Shown: positions 46,136-59,017 of the stretch, piece after piece
Layout of the letters: every line of letters starts with the position of its first letter
Numbering within the stretch: position 1 is the first letter of the stretch
Assembly (NCBI GenBank): GCA_905178155.1
Contig: CAJINV010000014.1
Span: forward strand, 2,203,923-2,267,922
Length of the DNA stretch: 64,000 nt
Direction of reading: 5' to 3'
Origin: Amoebophrya sp. A120
Lineage: Eukaryota; Protista; Dinoflagellata
Notes under the pieces: generated by a model
Seen by the model: the letters and a program-made list of their open reading frames with translations, nothing else
Told to the model about the DNA's origin: nothing
Databases searched by the model: none
Made by a program: the position numbers and the translations under genes

Positions 46136-49100
46136 TTATCGTTTTTTTCTTCTCCCGGGCGGTTTCCACTCCTCATCACCACTGTCGCTATCGTCCTCGC
46201 TTCCGCTGACAATCCAGCTGAGCGTTCTTTTCTTCTTTTTCTTCTTAGGGTTGGTTACTCCACCTGCGGCCTTACCAGCCAGCGCTTTGGGTTTCTTCTG
46301 ACCGCCTCCGAGTGGAGCTGCTGCTCCTACCTTCGATACTTTCGGTTTCGCGGTACTAGCTGCTGTTGCGCCGCCAGCAGCAGGCGAATCTTCTTCTTTT
46401 CCCGCCTTGTTCTGCCCGCCCTTCTTACCTTTCCCCTTTGCGAGCAGTGCCTGCTCTTTCAGCATCTTGGACTTCAACACGCTGGCCTTTTGGTTGCTGG
46501 TGAAGTTCGGAAATAGAATCTTGATTGCCGCATTGTAGTCCTTTTCCGCCTCGGTCACAGCCTGTATCCCGACCTTGTTCAGCTTCTCATCCAGGCGAAA
46601 GTACCGCTTCTTCAGCTTTTTGATGTACCTCTTCGGCATGGTAAACTGGTTCGCGCACCGCACACAGGTCCGGTTGAAACACTCCTGCAGCACCTGGAGG
46701 GCGGCGAGGGGAAGGTTCTTAAGCGGTTTTTCTTTTTGTTCCATTTTCTCTCTACTGCTGCAGCTTCCCGATCTGCTCGCAGCCTGAAGATGTTCATCTC
46801 TGGAAGAAGTTCTCGATGCTGCAGTTGATGCACGGGACGACGATGCAGATAAACGCGAGGAACCCGCCGAGGACACGGTATACTCGTGAAAGTGCAAGCG
46901 AAAGTGCTCGGAAATTTGAAAAAACGTCATCTCCGGGTTCAGGTCGAGGAGTTGATGCATTTTCAGCTGGACCGCAGACCGGTCTAGTGGTGGATCTGGT
47001 TGAAGATTTATTGGCTGAAGAGTCTGTGCCTGCGCAGCTCCCCCCTCGTCCATCATTTTTTCCTCCTTCTGCTGCACAATCCTCGCGCGCTCCAAGTCGT
47101 GGTGCTGCAGGCTGTGGTTGAGCTGTTGAAGCGGAAGCGGTAGGGGTCGAGTTCTCTCCGTTTCTAGGGGTTTCATAGACGCGGTTCTTGTGAAGGTGAT
47201 CTCATCTTCATCGTCTTTGATCGGAAGCACCGTTGCTTCGCCATCCGCACTAACTGCAATGCGCGGCGGGGGACGTCGACCTCCGGGGGTAGGCTTCTGT
47301 CGAAGACCAGAGATGGTTGTGCCAGAAAGCTCCGCCTTCCTCTTAGCCTCTTTTTGCAACGTGACACAATCCCGGCCCTGGAACAGCGTCGGTGTGCGCA
47401 GACGACATCCCGGCTCGTTTAAAACTGTGTAGTACCGCATGTGCTCGCACTGGTCTTTCAGTTTGTGCATCGGCGTATGCAACACAAATCTACATCTACC
47501 GCAGCACAACTCATTGAAAATACGTCTTCAGAAATTTTGACTACAACCTTCAGAGCCGGAGACAAAAATTGTTGTCCTACTAGGAGAATAGCAAAATTTT
47601 TGTCATGCTTGACTCTGGGACAGCGACAGTGTGAAAAAGACTCCGTTTCTCCTTCTACGTCGTGCTCGTGTTTTACGGTAAATCCATAATGAATTCTCTC
47701 TGCATACGGAAACGGAGATACATGTTTTGACGGTTTGGGCAACACAGCCAGCTTTTCCCGACTCGCCGCCGCGTCGTCGTCGACCAAAGTCTTTTGCCCG
47801 GGCCGATCGGAGGTTGTGACAATGTGCGCGGGGTCGACACAGGTTTTATGCATTACAAAAGTATTGTATCGTACTCGTATAAATGCATTACGTATTTCCT
47901 CAACAGCATGAGAGAGAAAATTTGTAATGCTGATTTACCTCAAGAAAAAGATTTGTAATGCATGTTTGCAATACGAGTACGATACTTTTGCACAGGATAG
48001 GTTTTCAATAACTGCAAATCCTCCACCCCCAAAATCCCCACAAAGCTGTGCGGGTCGAAGGAGTAGCGGCCGTGGCAAATACCCCGGTACTCCGGGCGGT
48101 GGTAAATATGCAGAAATTTGGGCAGCTTCTTCCGCGAAGGCAGCTGCCGCCGCCGCCCGAACCCCCGGCCTCGGCGAGCGACCGTCTTTTTGCCGTTTAT
48201 TTTCCTACTGTAATCGATGAACACCGTGCCGTTGAGTTGCGCCATACGACTGAGGAACGAGGGCCGGAGAAAACCTTGGTAGATGTGCCGGTTGCTCGCG
48301 TCGTACCAGTATTTGTTGGGCTCCTCCTGGAGAACGTGCGTAGTTGCGTCGGGCGGACGCGCAGGTACAACTTGTACAGCAGAAGACGAGGCGGAGCTGC
48401 AGCTGCGTTTTGATGTCAACGTGGCTTGGTTCTTTTGGCGAACCCCGAGGACCACCGGAGGTTTATTGTGCCGCGCACTTGAGGAAGACGATGTTGATAC
48501 GAAACCGACGAATTTTTGCCCCGTGGTCCGGGCCCGGGGCCTTTTCAGCGAAGTAGAAGTACTTATTGAGGCACCTCCAGAGGGCATCAATCCAGAGGGC
48601 GGAAGTTGTCCTGCATATTGCGGAACAAGCACTGGTGGGGCCTGGAGCTGCTGTTGCGGCTGGATGAACTGGCGGCCAGAAAAAGCCGCTTGCGGCTCTA
48701 ATCCTCTTCCTGGTCTTGCAGTTGCACCTCCAGGTGGTGATCCTACTATGGGAGGCACGGCTGATTGCATTCCAGATACAGGAGCTTCAGCCGGCGGTCG
48801 TTGTACGGCACTGTAGTAGTTCGCAATCAGTCCCTGTTCGTAGTCCACCTTGCCACAGCTGACGCAGGTCTGCAACTTTTTCACCACCTGGTGCGGAGGT
48901 GGCGCCAGCGAAACATGGTGACCACCTGCTGCTGCTGCAGCCTCCGGACAAGTCAAATCAACACCGTTCCTCGCGGCTTTGCTTTCGCGCAAGGCGGCAA
49001 ACGCAGCGGAATACAGCTGTTTTTTCTTCAAAAATGGTTCACACGTAAAGGAAAGCTTGTTTGTTTTCACAAACCTCGCCAGCCCGGCTTTCCAGCGGCA

Positions 49101-52100
49101 CTCCCTGCAGAGCCGCGGCAAAAAGGCCCGGCCCAGCCCGGGGAGAAGCCGCGCTCCCGCAGCGTGTACCGGGGGGCAGTTGACTCCGGGGATGTTGAGG
49201 GTGGTCGTGTTGTCGAGCGTGCAAGACCGGGAAATTCTCCAATCATCCAAAGTTCTCAGGGAAAATGGTGGTCGCAAGAGTTGTGTCGTGTGCACTTCTG
49301 TACCTGGTTCCTTGTTATGATCCTCAAGAACCTCTCTCGCACTCCACAGTGCGGTCGACGACGGTTTTCGCAGATTACCGGAGGAAGATCTTGCTGAGGC
49401 AGCGGCCGCTCTGCTTGATGAAATTGAAGAAGAAGCTGGCTTCTTCGACGACGAATCATGAACAACATCCTGATCACCCTCCTCGTCAACGTCCTCAATA
49501 AGCTCAATTTGCGCCGTCCTCGGCCCATTGTTTTTACTCACAAGGGCCTTGTCGTTGCCGTTCTCAGCAGCTTCTAAAAACGACGACCCTGTACTCCTCG
49601 ACGTCATCCCGAGCTCTGGTGCGAAAGCGGCCTTGCAAAATTCCCTTATTAGAGCATGTTGGGCTTCGGCTTGTTGTGCGTCCAGATTGTCAAGAAGAGA
49701 ATCACAATCTTTATTCTGTTCATCGTCATCAGGCCGCGAAGTAGCAGATGCAGTGGACAACACGTCCTCCAATTGCAGCCCCCAGTCTTGCGGCGTTTTC
49801 CGCAGAATGCTGCTGCAGAAATCCTTAGCAAGCTCTAGTTCGCGTTGCTCTTCCAACCGCATCTTGGCATCTTCAGCATCTTGCTCCATATGTCGACGTG
49901 TAGTTTGTTGTACTACTATACTCAAACTTCCCGTACTGCCGGGCAGCAGAGCAGATGATGATGCTGGTGGTGAGCCTCTGCTGAGCCCTTCTCCTCGATG
50001 AGGTGTTTTCTGGCCTCTGCTTCCCCTCGCGGCGGCCTCCTTGAGCTGCATCAGCTGAGAAGCAGGCATGTTCTTCTTATCTGCGCGCTGGGGCGGCTCA
50101 AACTTCAAGCTCTTGCTGCTGCTAGTGCTCTTGCTCGAGGAGGGGCTGGGTTGCAAAGGCAAAGCTGAGGATGATGACGAGGAATTATTTTTCAGGATGC
50201 CTTTCAGTGGAGGTGGACGTGAGGCTGTGCTAGATGAAGTAGCCGTTTCTGATGTGTTCACTATTCCAAGTGAATCTTCAAACTTCGAAATGGACGACGA
50301 CGAGGAGGAAAAGCTGCTGCCGGGAAAACTATTCGAAGAAACTACTGTCGCTGTTGTTTCACCTTCTGAGAAACGTGAAACTGGAACTGGATGCGACGAA
50401 CTTGAAGAAGGAGCCGCTGAGACTAATTTTTCCGCCGCTGGCTGTATTGCAAGATGAGGTGCAGGAGCACGAAGACCACGACTTTGACCTGTATCCAGTT
50501 CTTCCGTAGTTGCATTCTGTTTCAGCAACACCGGCCCGCCCACATGAGGCAAGCACGTATTTTCCACATCTCCAAGGTCCCCGACCACCGAAAACGTCGC
50601 TGGTGCAGCTGCATCGGCGAACTTCACCGAGGGTCGGTCGGTTTTCTCTTGCAGCACGACCTGCTCGTCCTCTGCACCTGCAAACGGCGGCGGACAGGAC
50701 AGCAAAGATGATGAGCGAGAAGCTCCTGCACCCGAAGGACCGGCTGAGGTCAATACGGGCGATGACGAGGAACTAGAGGGTGCGAAGATTGCTGTTTCCT
50801 TCACAGCAACATCTGACATCTCCTCGTCCTCTTCCGTGACAGTCGGGAGCTGCGGGCGGTGCTTTTTCTTGTTCATGATCCTTGAAGATACGGACCGAGA
50901 GGTAGAGGATGCGGATCCGCTGCTTACAACTGACGCAGTGGAAGATGAAGAGAGCGCGTTACTGGCTTTTGCTGTCCCGTGGTCGGGCACCAGCTGCCCC
51001 CGTCTAGAAGCAGCAGCAGCAGCAGCAGCAGTCCCTGGTCTTGTATTTCCTGCGGACGCGACGGCGGCGAATGAAGGCACTTTGTTCGTCCCAACGGATT
51101 GCGCAGGGTTGTTTGCGGCGCCGGCCATCTGCCTTCGGGGCGAAGCAGTGCAACTGGATCTTGTCGAAGATTGTCCCTCTCGTTGTGCATATGCTTTCTC
51201 GTCCCCAATAATTTCAATTCCCATTTCCAGCGCAAGTTTTCTGTCCAGCTCTTCCTGAGTCCACCAAATCCCCTGAAACGGTCCGTCCTCCCGGTACGCC
51301 ATCTCCCGCACCTGTTCTTCTTTTTCCTTGTCCAAAAAGGCTTGCTGCAGGTCGTCTAATCGGCTGAAATTTTCCTCAACCCGGTCGAAATATCTCGCGT
51401 CAAACGCTTGCTGTCGCGGCTTGTCGGGGAGCGGCTTCACGGCGTGCTTGGAGGACAAGGGTTTTGTCTTTGTGTTCTCATTTTTGTTCTTTCTCCTAGT
51501 GTTCATCCTCGTCCTGCTTTCCGCACTACTGCTTCTGCCATGGGACGACCCGGCAGACGCGCTTCTTGAAGCTCCTGCTTTCGCGGTTGCTTTTGCCTTA
51601 GGCTTCGTGGTTTCCTTTCTGGTCCGCGTCCTACTAGCGGATGCGGAACTGCTGGCCTCAAGGTCTACACCTTCGTCCGCGTCTTCATCCGTTTCCATTT
51701 CCACGTCCAATAGATCTTTTCGTACCTTCATGGTTGTGTTCTGCCGCACCTTCAAGTCTTTCACAATCCACTCCCGCACGGACGCAGGCCAGTGAACCGG
51801 TACGTTCCTGTATCGTGGCTTTATTTTTGTAGAACCGTAGAAATGGTCGTCAGGATCGCTGGTCTCCGAGCAGGCACCATTTCTCTCTTCGGGACGACAA
51901 TGCTCTTTTGCAAGTTGTGTAGAAGGTGACGGTGAGGACCATGCATCCAGCCCTGCAGCTGCTGAGTTCTTGCCGTCTTCGTTTATTTTCATGTCAATGT
52001 CGTGGCTTGTTTCTGTTTGTCCGTCATCACGACCCCCCGCGACACTCTCTCTTTCCTCTTCCTCAACTCCGAGAACCTCCATCATTTTACGAAGCTCCTG

Positions 52101-53267
52101 CTCGTACGTAGCCTCCATCCAGAAGGGCTGACCACGGGGGCGGCTGTGTCTTGTGTGCCTAAAAGTAGGAGAAGGGGAACAAGAAGTGCCGGTAGGTGAT
52201 GAAGATCCGTGGCTTTTTGAAGACGACCTGTCTCTGTCGTAGTACTGTGGCTCGCCCAGAAGTCTCGAGGACACCTGCGCGAGGTAGTTTTTTGCCTTTC
52301 GTGGTTCGAGGCGATGTAGTTGATGACCTCCTGCGTGCTGAGCCGCGCTTGGATCATTTTCATCTCCAACTCGAAAAACTGGTGCGCGATCTTTCGCAGT
52401 CGTTTCCTCAACATGAATTTTTGCATCTTCGTCATCGTCCCCTCTCGGTGAGCTGGAGTGAGAGGAAGCTACAGAACAAGGATCCACTACTGCACGGCCA
52501 TCATCAAAATCAGAGTTTTTGCTTTGTCGTCTTTCCTCCCTCCGCAGATTTCGCGCCACAAAGTCCGCCTCAAAGCCCTGCAGTTCCCGCGCGAGGTTCT
52601 GCAATTTTGCCGACGTGACGCTGACCGTGCGTCGCTCCGCTTCCTGCTGGAGTTGCTCCTGGTCGTACTGGTGGATAACTGCCGGCGCGGAACCATGAGC
52701 CTTATTTGTTTTGCTTTTGCCCGAGGTAGTTTTTGATGAACAGGAGGAAGACGACGAGGAGGATGTTGCCACGCCGCCCGACGTCCTCTCTAAATACCTT
52801 TTGACGACGTCGTCCAGTCCGACAGCAGGTCCTCGCGGAGGTCGTGGACCAGCCCCTTTCACGAGAACTTGGTTTCTGGCGGCTCCTGGTTCTTGTACAT
52901 TCGGGTTACTTGTTCTTACCAGGAACTGCTGTTGATGATGCGGTGCAGCTGCTGCAGCTCGCTCAAGACCGTACAGTCCCCTCTGTTGCTGCGCTGGTGT
53001 GGCGTTTGCGGGATGCTGTAGGAGAACCGTGGCCCCCGCCGCCTCCACATCCGGCGGCAAAAGGAATCTTCCGTCGTACAGACCGTCGTGGCCAGCTTGC
53101 ACGAGGTTGCTCCCGTGAACTGTCGATGAAGGAAATCGAGGATCTGGTGGCCTGGGGCGCTTCTTGACGGAGGACGAGGAGCTGCTTGCTGCTTGATGTT
53201 CTGCGTCCGGGCCTCCTGTCTGCATCGACCGCTGCGGTTGGAGCGGCCGAAATGAGGATGAATCCAT
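46136..53267 (-). CDS. Large hypothetical protein (~2250 aa), Ser-rich, with Cys-containing C-terminal part
   Basis: ORF 47940-53267 is joined through two introners (LLKT|CVDPAH and VSPFP|MHKLKD) to ORF 46136-47509. Confidence 0.75.
47476..47706. mobile_element. Introner (231 bp), diverged
   Basis: Left end tatgcaacacaaat, right end reverse complement tatgcagagagaat; flanks CGGCG/CGGAA (3/5); removal restores the frame. Confidence 0.78.
47847..47999 (-). mobile_element. Introner family 1 (153 bp)
   Basis: tatgcattacaaaagta ... tacttttgcacaggata; perfect DR GGTTT; removal restores the frame; no GT or AG possible at any sliding position. Confidence 0.92.
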
Positions 53268-53831
53268 TTTGACAGCGATTGCGGATCATGCGGGAGCGTG
53301 GTTAATTCAATGGCGTAGAGGCTTCTACGGCTAGGAGATAGAAAAGGAAATGTGCTACTTGTTGGTCTTAAACAAAAGAAAAAGACAGTACTAAGCTGCG
53401 CGACCTCGTGCAGCTGCAGCTCGTCCGCCACCTCATGTAGTAGCATGTCTGTACGTCTCGTAGTCGTAACTCTCTGAATAAACTCTAACTCATGAAAACC
53501 ATACGACCTGGTCGGGGTAGAAACAGATATATGCGGATGGATTGAACCAAAAGCAAAAATTAAGGGAAGGAAAACCAATTGCACACTAAAAACTTCAAGT
53601 TCAAAATAAGTAAACCAAACCCAGACAGGAAGAATTGGAGATGGATTCTAGCTCTCGACGACTGACACCACGACCAGGCCTGTTCTTGTTGCTCACACGA
53701 AGCCGTTACATTCGTGAAAGTTTTCTTTCATTTTTCTTTGTGGAGACCAGTGCAACTGCCAGCCACCTCGCCCAGGTCAGGTCTAAAGTCGAGGCGTGCG
53801 GCGACGCTCGACTATGAATGTAGAATCATTA

Positions 53832-54463
53832 GAACGGGGTCACAAAATGTCCGACTAAGTCCTCGGGGGACCTGCGACCCACCCAGCCGGGTGGGCCTTA
53901 GGTCCCCTGTCCCAATAATTAAGTTATCTATGACTCCGCCACAGCTCGCGTCCGCCCATATTGTTTTCTCGCCGTTCGTTTTTGTGGGTGTAAATCTGTA
54001 TTTGTATTAGAGTTTTGCACTGTTGTACTTGTGCCTCCATTTGTCGCTATTTATCCAAGAAAAGAGCTTGTAAATCTGTGATGCAGAAAATGCAAAACTG
54101 TTTCACAGGAAACTGCAGAAACACTTTTGCATTTTCCGCATCACAGGTCCCTTTTGCGTAAAAACGGCTTTGCATTTTCTGCATCACAGATTTAACCCAC
54201 AGCAAAGCTTTTTTCTTGGATCAGTGCAGTGCACAAGTGTTTTTTCTTGGATAAGTGCAGTGCGCAAATACAATAATACATAAGCTACTGTGTCACAGAT
54301 TGACACCCACGAAAAAGAACGGCGAGAAAACTGGAACGGGCGGACGCGAGCTGTGGCGGATTCGTAACTTAATTCTATATTGGGACAGGGGACCTAAGGC
54401 CCACCCAGCTGGGTGGTTCGCAGGTCCCCCGAGGACTTAGTCGGACATTTTGTGACCCCGTTC
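53832..54463. mobile_element. Fold-back MITE with TTA target-site duplication (PIF/Harbinger-like)
   Basis: TTA|gaacggggtcacaaaatgtccgactaagtcctcggggga ... tcccccgaggacttagtcggacattttgtgaccccgttc|TTA; ~85-bp near-perfect IR with further inverted blocks toward the centre. Confidence 0.88.
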
Positions 54464-54727
54464 TTATTGGAAAAGAAATCATGTAGCAGGAACTCCTTCA
54501 TTGGGAGACGGAAGCGGAACATCTGGAGGCAATTTCTTAGCACGCAGGAGCGAATCCCTCTTCACGAGCAGTTCTGCTTTTGCTTCATCTTGCTTTCGTT
54601 GTTTGTGTCACATCGCAGTGTGCAAGTGCATGTGCTTATGTTGCGCATGTAGGCTCTACTTCGTGCGGCTGTAGGTCCTTCTAGTAAAAAAGAGGATGAA
54701 ATGAATCTTTCAACACCACTAGAAGCC

Positions 54728-57700
54728 TCAGACAGTCAAACTGTTCAGCATACCAGGTGCTTTTTCAAAAAAAGACTTCAGCGTTTCCCCCGGTGTCAGC
54801 TGCTTCACAAAGTCATCCGCAACATCATCATCGACCGTTTTTTTGTTCTTTTTCTTTTTCTTGGTCTTCGAAGAGGTGTTGGCGAGCTCTGCTTCATCTA
54901 CTTTGTCTGCAGACGCAAGTGTGCTTTTGTCCTTGTCGCTGTTCATGCCAGGAGGTAGTATCTGCTTCTTCATCTTCACGACAGAAGTCTTACTACCGCC
55001 CGTCTTCTGGTCCTGTTCCCAAGCCAAGACCTGCGGCAGGGAATCTTTGCATTTGAAGAGGCACGCACGGAGAATACTGTTGTCTTCCTTGATCAGCTTT
55101 TCGATTTCGGTTTCGCTTTCCACACTGTTGTGTCCGTCCCCGTTCTTCACACTTTGTTTCTGTGTTTCCTTCCCTGAAGATTCGCCGATGGCCGCGCTTT
55201 TCTTGTTCTTCTCTGCAAGAGCTTCCTTCTTTTTCTTCCGCCCTTTGTTCGCATCATGCTCCTCACCATCCGAGTCGGATTCTGTACTAGAATCCGAACC
55301 AGACTCCTCCGCTGATGACGAAGTGCCGTCTTCCTCTGCGTCAGCACTAGTAGGCTTGGTTGAGTTCATCTTGTTGGTGACTTTCTGACCATTTTCCGCG
55401 AGATCTTCGTCCATCGCGGTCTCTCCTCGGTGCTGGTGGTCTTCATCGGTATTTTTTTCCGAAACTGCGCTAGTCCCCATCTTCTTTCCCACAAAGTCCG
55501 TATTCTTGAAGAACGTCAACTCCTTCTTCGTTGTGCTGTTGTCGTACCGCACCGCCTTCCAGCCCTTTTCCGTGTTACGGAGCAACAGCTTCAACTTCTT
55601 CAAAGTCTTCAAGGTCACAATGGACACCGCCCGATTACTTCTACTGCATGATGCAGTCCCCGCCGTTCCTCGAGCCGTCCTACCGACCCGGTGGATGTAC
55701 GTTTTCAAATACGCCGGGACATCGAAGTTCACCACGACGTCGACCTGCGGCAAGTCCAACCCACGGGCGGCCGCGTCGGAGCAAACCATGATTTTCAACT
55801 GCTTCTTCGTTTGCGACGAGGAAGATGTTGATGGTACCACTGTCGCGGAGGTGGATGAAGATGAAAAGTCCCGCACCAAGCGTTCGCGCTCCGGTTGCGA
55901 CAATGAGGAGGAAAACTCTGTGATGTCGATATTGCTTTTCTCAGTGCTGAAAATCTCCTGCAGCTTATTCTTCAGTTCGGATTTTTGGTTTGGATTTTGC
56001 TTTGTTCCCCCCGCTTCTTGAGCGAAAAAGAATTCTCCGCTCTGCTTCATCAGTTCGAAAAAAAGCTGCAGAAATCGACACAGCTTGTGTGTTTCCTCGA
56101 CGTTCCCGCAGAAAATCAGGACGGAGAGACACGTAGAGCCCGCCTCTACTTTTGCACCTGGTGCAGCTCCACTGTGCATCCTGAAGAGCTCGCTCAACAG
56201 CCAGGACAGCATCGCCCGCGGTCGGTCCCGCGTGAACACCGATTCTTGCTGCAAGTTCTCCGGCAGCGCGTACTGCCCAGATTCCGTGGAGACGAAGAAA
56301 AACGGCTGCTGGAGGTTCAGTTGCGCCAGTTTCCGCGGGTTTTTCGTCAGCGTCGCGGACGCCAGGATTTTCCGCAGCCTGGGTGGACCCAGGTTGCTGG
56401 TTTTGGTGTCGAAACAAGAAGACCGATTATCATCCTCCTCCTCACAGCGGGAAAATTTCGCTTTTGCGACCGCGAGGTCCGCGTTTGGCCCCAGAATTTC
56501 CGGGCAGACATTGTCGAAAAAGTCGAGTGTTCTTGGTGTCGTGGTTGTGCCAGAGCCAGAGCCAGAGGCAGCTTTGGCTGTAGCTGAACACGTGGACGCT
56601 GTCGGTGCGATAATATCACCTTTCGTCACCTCCTCGTCCTCCTCCTCCTCCACTCGAAACCCGAGTTTCACTGTGTTCAACTCAAACTCGTTCAGCGGAG
56701 GGACGAACGACCGCCGCTTTTGCCAGGGCTGCTTCAGCAAGTCGATTTTCGCCACGACCTCCAGCCACTTGTTACTCGTGTTGGTGTCGGACAGCAGTCG
56801 GTCGGCCTCGTCGAGCACGAGAAACTGGAGGTTGGAAATCACCCCGCGATTGCCCAAAATCCCGCGGTAAAAATGGTCCACGAACTTCCCGATGGTGGTC
56901 ACCACGATGTCGGGCATTTTCGTGCTTTGGGGAATAGGTCGTGGGAAACGGTGCCCGTTCACGACATTAGTTGGCGTTTGCTCGAACACGACCTCTACGC
57001 CCGCAAGTTGCCGGGTTTCTTTCTGAAACGTGCTCCACTCGCCGCCGTTCCCGGCTAAGCCCAGGACCCGTGCGGGGTTGTCGAGGAGGGGGTTTCTGTC
57101 TTGATGTAGCTTTGTGCTGTTTTCGTTTTGATGAATTTCCGCGGTTGTTGTACTTTGGCCTGGGCAAAAATTGTACACGCTTTCCACCACCTCAACGACC
57201 TGTTGGACCAACTCCCTCGTGGGTACAACGACGATGGAACTGATGTGGGGGACGCGATCCACCTTGAGAAAGTTCAGCATCGGGAGCAAGTAGGCGAGAG
57301 TTTTCCCCCGTCCGGTCGGCGCGCCGATGAGCACGTCGCAGTCCGGGTTGTTAAGGAAAAAGGGGAGCGTTTGCGCTTGGATCGGGAAAAAGTGCGTCAG
57401 GTGCAAATTCTGTTTTAGCAAGAGGACGAGGTTACGGTCGAGGGGAGTTTGATGTCGATTTTGATGACGCTTGGTAGACGTCTTGCGCACGTTCGACTCT
57501 CGCACTCGCTGTTCTTGTGCATCTTCAAGACCCGGACTTCCTTCTTCTTGCTCCAGAAGATAGGCGTCCAAGTTAGAGGACGAAACAACCTTCGTAGTGC
57601 CATTGGCCTGCGTAACCACGACACCAGAGGATTTAGTATTTGCGACATGCTCCGCCCCAGCAGGTCCGTTCAGCAAGAACGCGTCATCATCTTCGTCATG

Positions 57701-59017
57701 ATCCAAAACGACTTTGTAGCGCTTCGTGAAATCGATGGCTTTTTCGATTTTCTTTTTCGCCGCCTGCAGGTTGTTCCGGATTTGCTCCGCATTCTTCGCC
57801 TTTGCAGCCTGTAACTCCATTGCGGCTTGCGCACCCCCGGGCTGCAAAGCCGCGCGCAGGGCTTCCAGGGAAAGCGCGGCTTGAGCATCGGCTGCGTCGA
57901 AGGCAGCTGCTTGCTGGTTTTGGCCTTGTTCTTCTGCGTCTTCCATCACAACATCGTCGTCCTCTTCTTCCTGCTTGACAGTTCCATCCGTTGCATTCGC
58001 CACGTTGTTGCTCTCACCGTCATTCGCATCCTTTTCTCCTTTCGCTTTTTTCTGCCGCTTCGTAGGAGGTTCTACCGCAGCATCGTGCTGCTCATGATCA
58101 TCTGCCTTCTCTTCTCCTACTCCCGCGTTGTGGTGCGGCTCACGCTTGGATGTCACCGGTGTCGCGCACTCTTTGTCGCTGATGTTCACTGCAGCAACGG
58201 TGCGTGTTCCTGCCTCCGCTGCGTGATCCGCATGATCTTCTACGGCTACATCTTCCCCCGCCGCGGTCGCCGTATCTTGATCCTCACCAGCTCCTTGTGC
58301 TTGCTTCTTCAAGTTCTTTTTGCGCAAATTCTTCTTCTGATTTTTGGTCAACTTCTTTCCACCCGCGGCTGCCAGAGTGCCATCAGCGTTTTCTCCTTCT
58401 TCAACAGCGGCACCTCCTTCATCTTCATGGTGATCTGGTTGAACTTGGCCCTGCTTCAAAACTTCTGGAGCGACGTGCTTTTCCACTTCGACAACGTTCG
58501 CATTCGCTTCCTCCTCCTTCTTTTTCTTCTTCAGCAACTTCGCCTCCCGCTTTCGCCTCTGTTTCTCTTCGGCAGATTCTTTGATTTTCCACTCATTTTT
58601 CTTCTGGACCGCCAGAATCCGCTTCTTGGCCTCCTCCCCCTGCTGCTTTTCAGCCACCGCCTTCCGCTTGCGCTGGAAGTTTCGCTTGTTCGTCCGGGAA
58701 AACTCCACGCCGTGGAACACAGAGCCGGATGTAGATGTAGTTGAACAAACGCCTGCTCCACCGCCACCGCCAGCTGCACTTGTCCTGTCCACGTTTGTTT
58801 CTCCTTGTGTGGTCTTATCCTTCTTTGCGACGTTTTTCTTGTTTGCACCAGCGGCTCCTGACCCGGAATTGCCACCGCTCGTGGATGTTGTCGCGGTGGA
58901 GGTTGTAGGCGGGGCTACAGCTGCTGCAGCTGCAGCGGTGGTATTCGCAGGACCTGCAGACTGGCTTTCCGTGCGTGTCGCCGGCTTCTTCTTGGGGACA
59001 AAGCGCTGGACTAACAT
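54728..59017 (-). CDS. DDX51: DEAD-box RNA helicase, DDX51/Dbp6-like
   Basis: FPIQ (Q motif), [28 protein letters not shown] and [29 protein letters not shown] suggests the Dbp6/DDX51 subfamily. Confidence 0.88.
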   Translation of the reverse strand: MLVQRFVPKKKPATRTESQSAGPANTTAAAAAAVAPPTTSTATTSTSGGNSGSGAAGANKKNVAKKDKTTQGETNVDRTSAAGGGGGAGVCSTTSTSGSVFHGVEFSRTNKRNFQRKRKAVAEKQQGEEAKKRILAVQKKNEWKIKESAEEKQRRKREAKLLKKKKKEEEANANVVEVEKHVAPEVLKQGQVQPDHHEDEGGAAVEEGENADGTLAAAGGKKLTKNQKKNLRKKNLKKQAQGAGEDQDTATAAGEDVAVEDHADHAAEAGTRTVAAVNISDKECATPVTSKREPHHNAGVGEEKADDHEQHDAAVEPPTKRQKKAKGEKDANDGESNNVANATDGTVKQEEEDDDVVMEDAEEQGQNQQAAAFDAADAQAALSLEALRAALQPGGAQAAMELQAAKAKNAEQIRNNLQAAKKKIEKAIDFTKRYKVVLDHDEDDDAFLLNGPAGAEHVANTKSSGVVVTQANGTTKVVSSSNLDAYLLEQEEGSPGLEDAQEQRVRESNVRKTSTKRHQNRHQTPLDRNLVLLLKQNLHLTHFFPIQAQTLPFFLNNPDCDVLIGAPTGRGKTLAYLLPMLNFLKVDRVPHISSIVVVPTRELVQQVVEVVESVYNFCPGQSTTTAEIHQNENSTKLHQDRNPLLDNPARVLGLAGNGGEWSTFQKETRQLAGVEVVFEQTPTNVVNGHRFPRPIPQSTKMPDIVVTTIGKFVDHFYRGILGNRGVISNLQFLVLDEADRLLSDTNTSNKWLEVVAKIDLLKQPWQKRRSFVPPLNEFELNTVKLGFRVEEEEDEEVTKGDIIAPTASTCSATAKAASGSGSGTTTTPRTLDFFDNVCPEILGPNADLAVAKAKFSRCEEEDDNRSSCFDTKTSNLGPPRLRKILASATLTKNPRKLAQLNLQQPFFFVSTESGQYALPENLQQESVFTRDRPRAMLSWLLSELFRMHSGAAPGAKVEAGSTCLSVLIFCGNVEETHKLCRFLQLFFELMKQSGEFFFAQEAGGTKQNPNQKSELKNKLQEIFSTEKSNIDITEFSSSLSQPERERLVRDFSSSSTSATVVPSTSSSSQTKKQLKIMVCSDAAARGLDLPQVDVVVNFDVPAYLKTYIHRVGRTARGTAGTASCSRSNRAVSIVTLKTLKKLKLLLRNTEKGWKAVRYDNSTTKKELTFFKNTDFVGKKMGTSAVSEKNTDEDHQHRGETAMDEDLAENGQKVTNKMNSTKPTSADAEEDGTSSSAEESGSDSSTESDSDGEEHDANKGRKKKKEALAEKNKKSAAIGESSGKETQKQSVKNGDGHNSVESETEIEKLIKEDNSILRACLFKCKDSLPQVLAWEQDQKTGGSKTSVVKMKKQILPPGMNSDKDKSTLASADKVDEAELANTSSKTKKKKKNKKTVDDDVADDFVKQLTPGETLKSFFEKAPGMLNSLTV

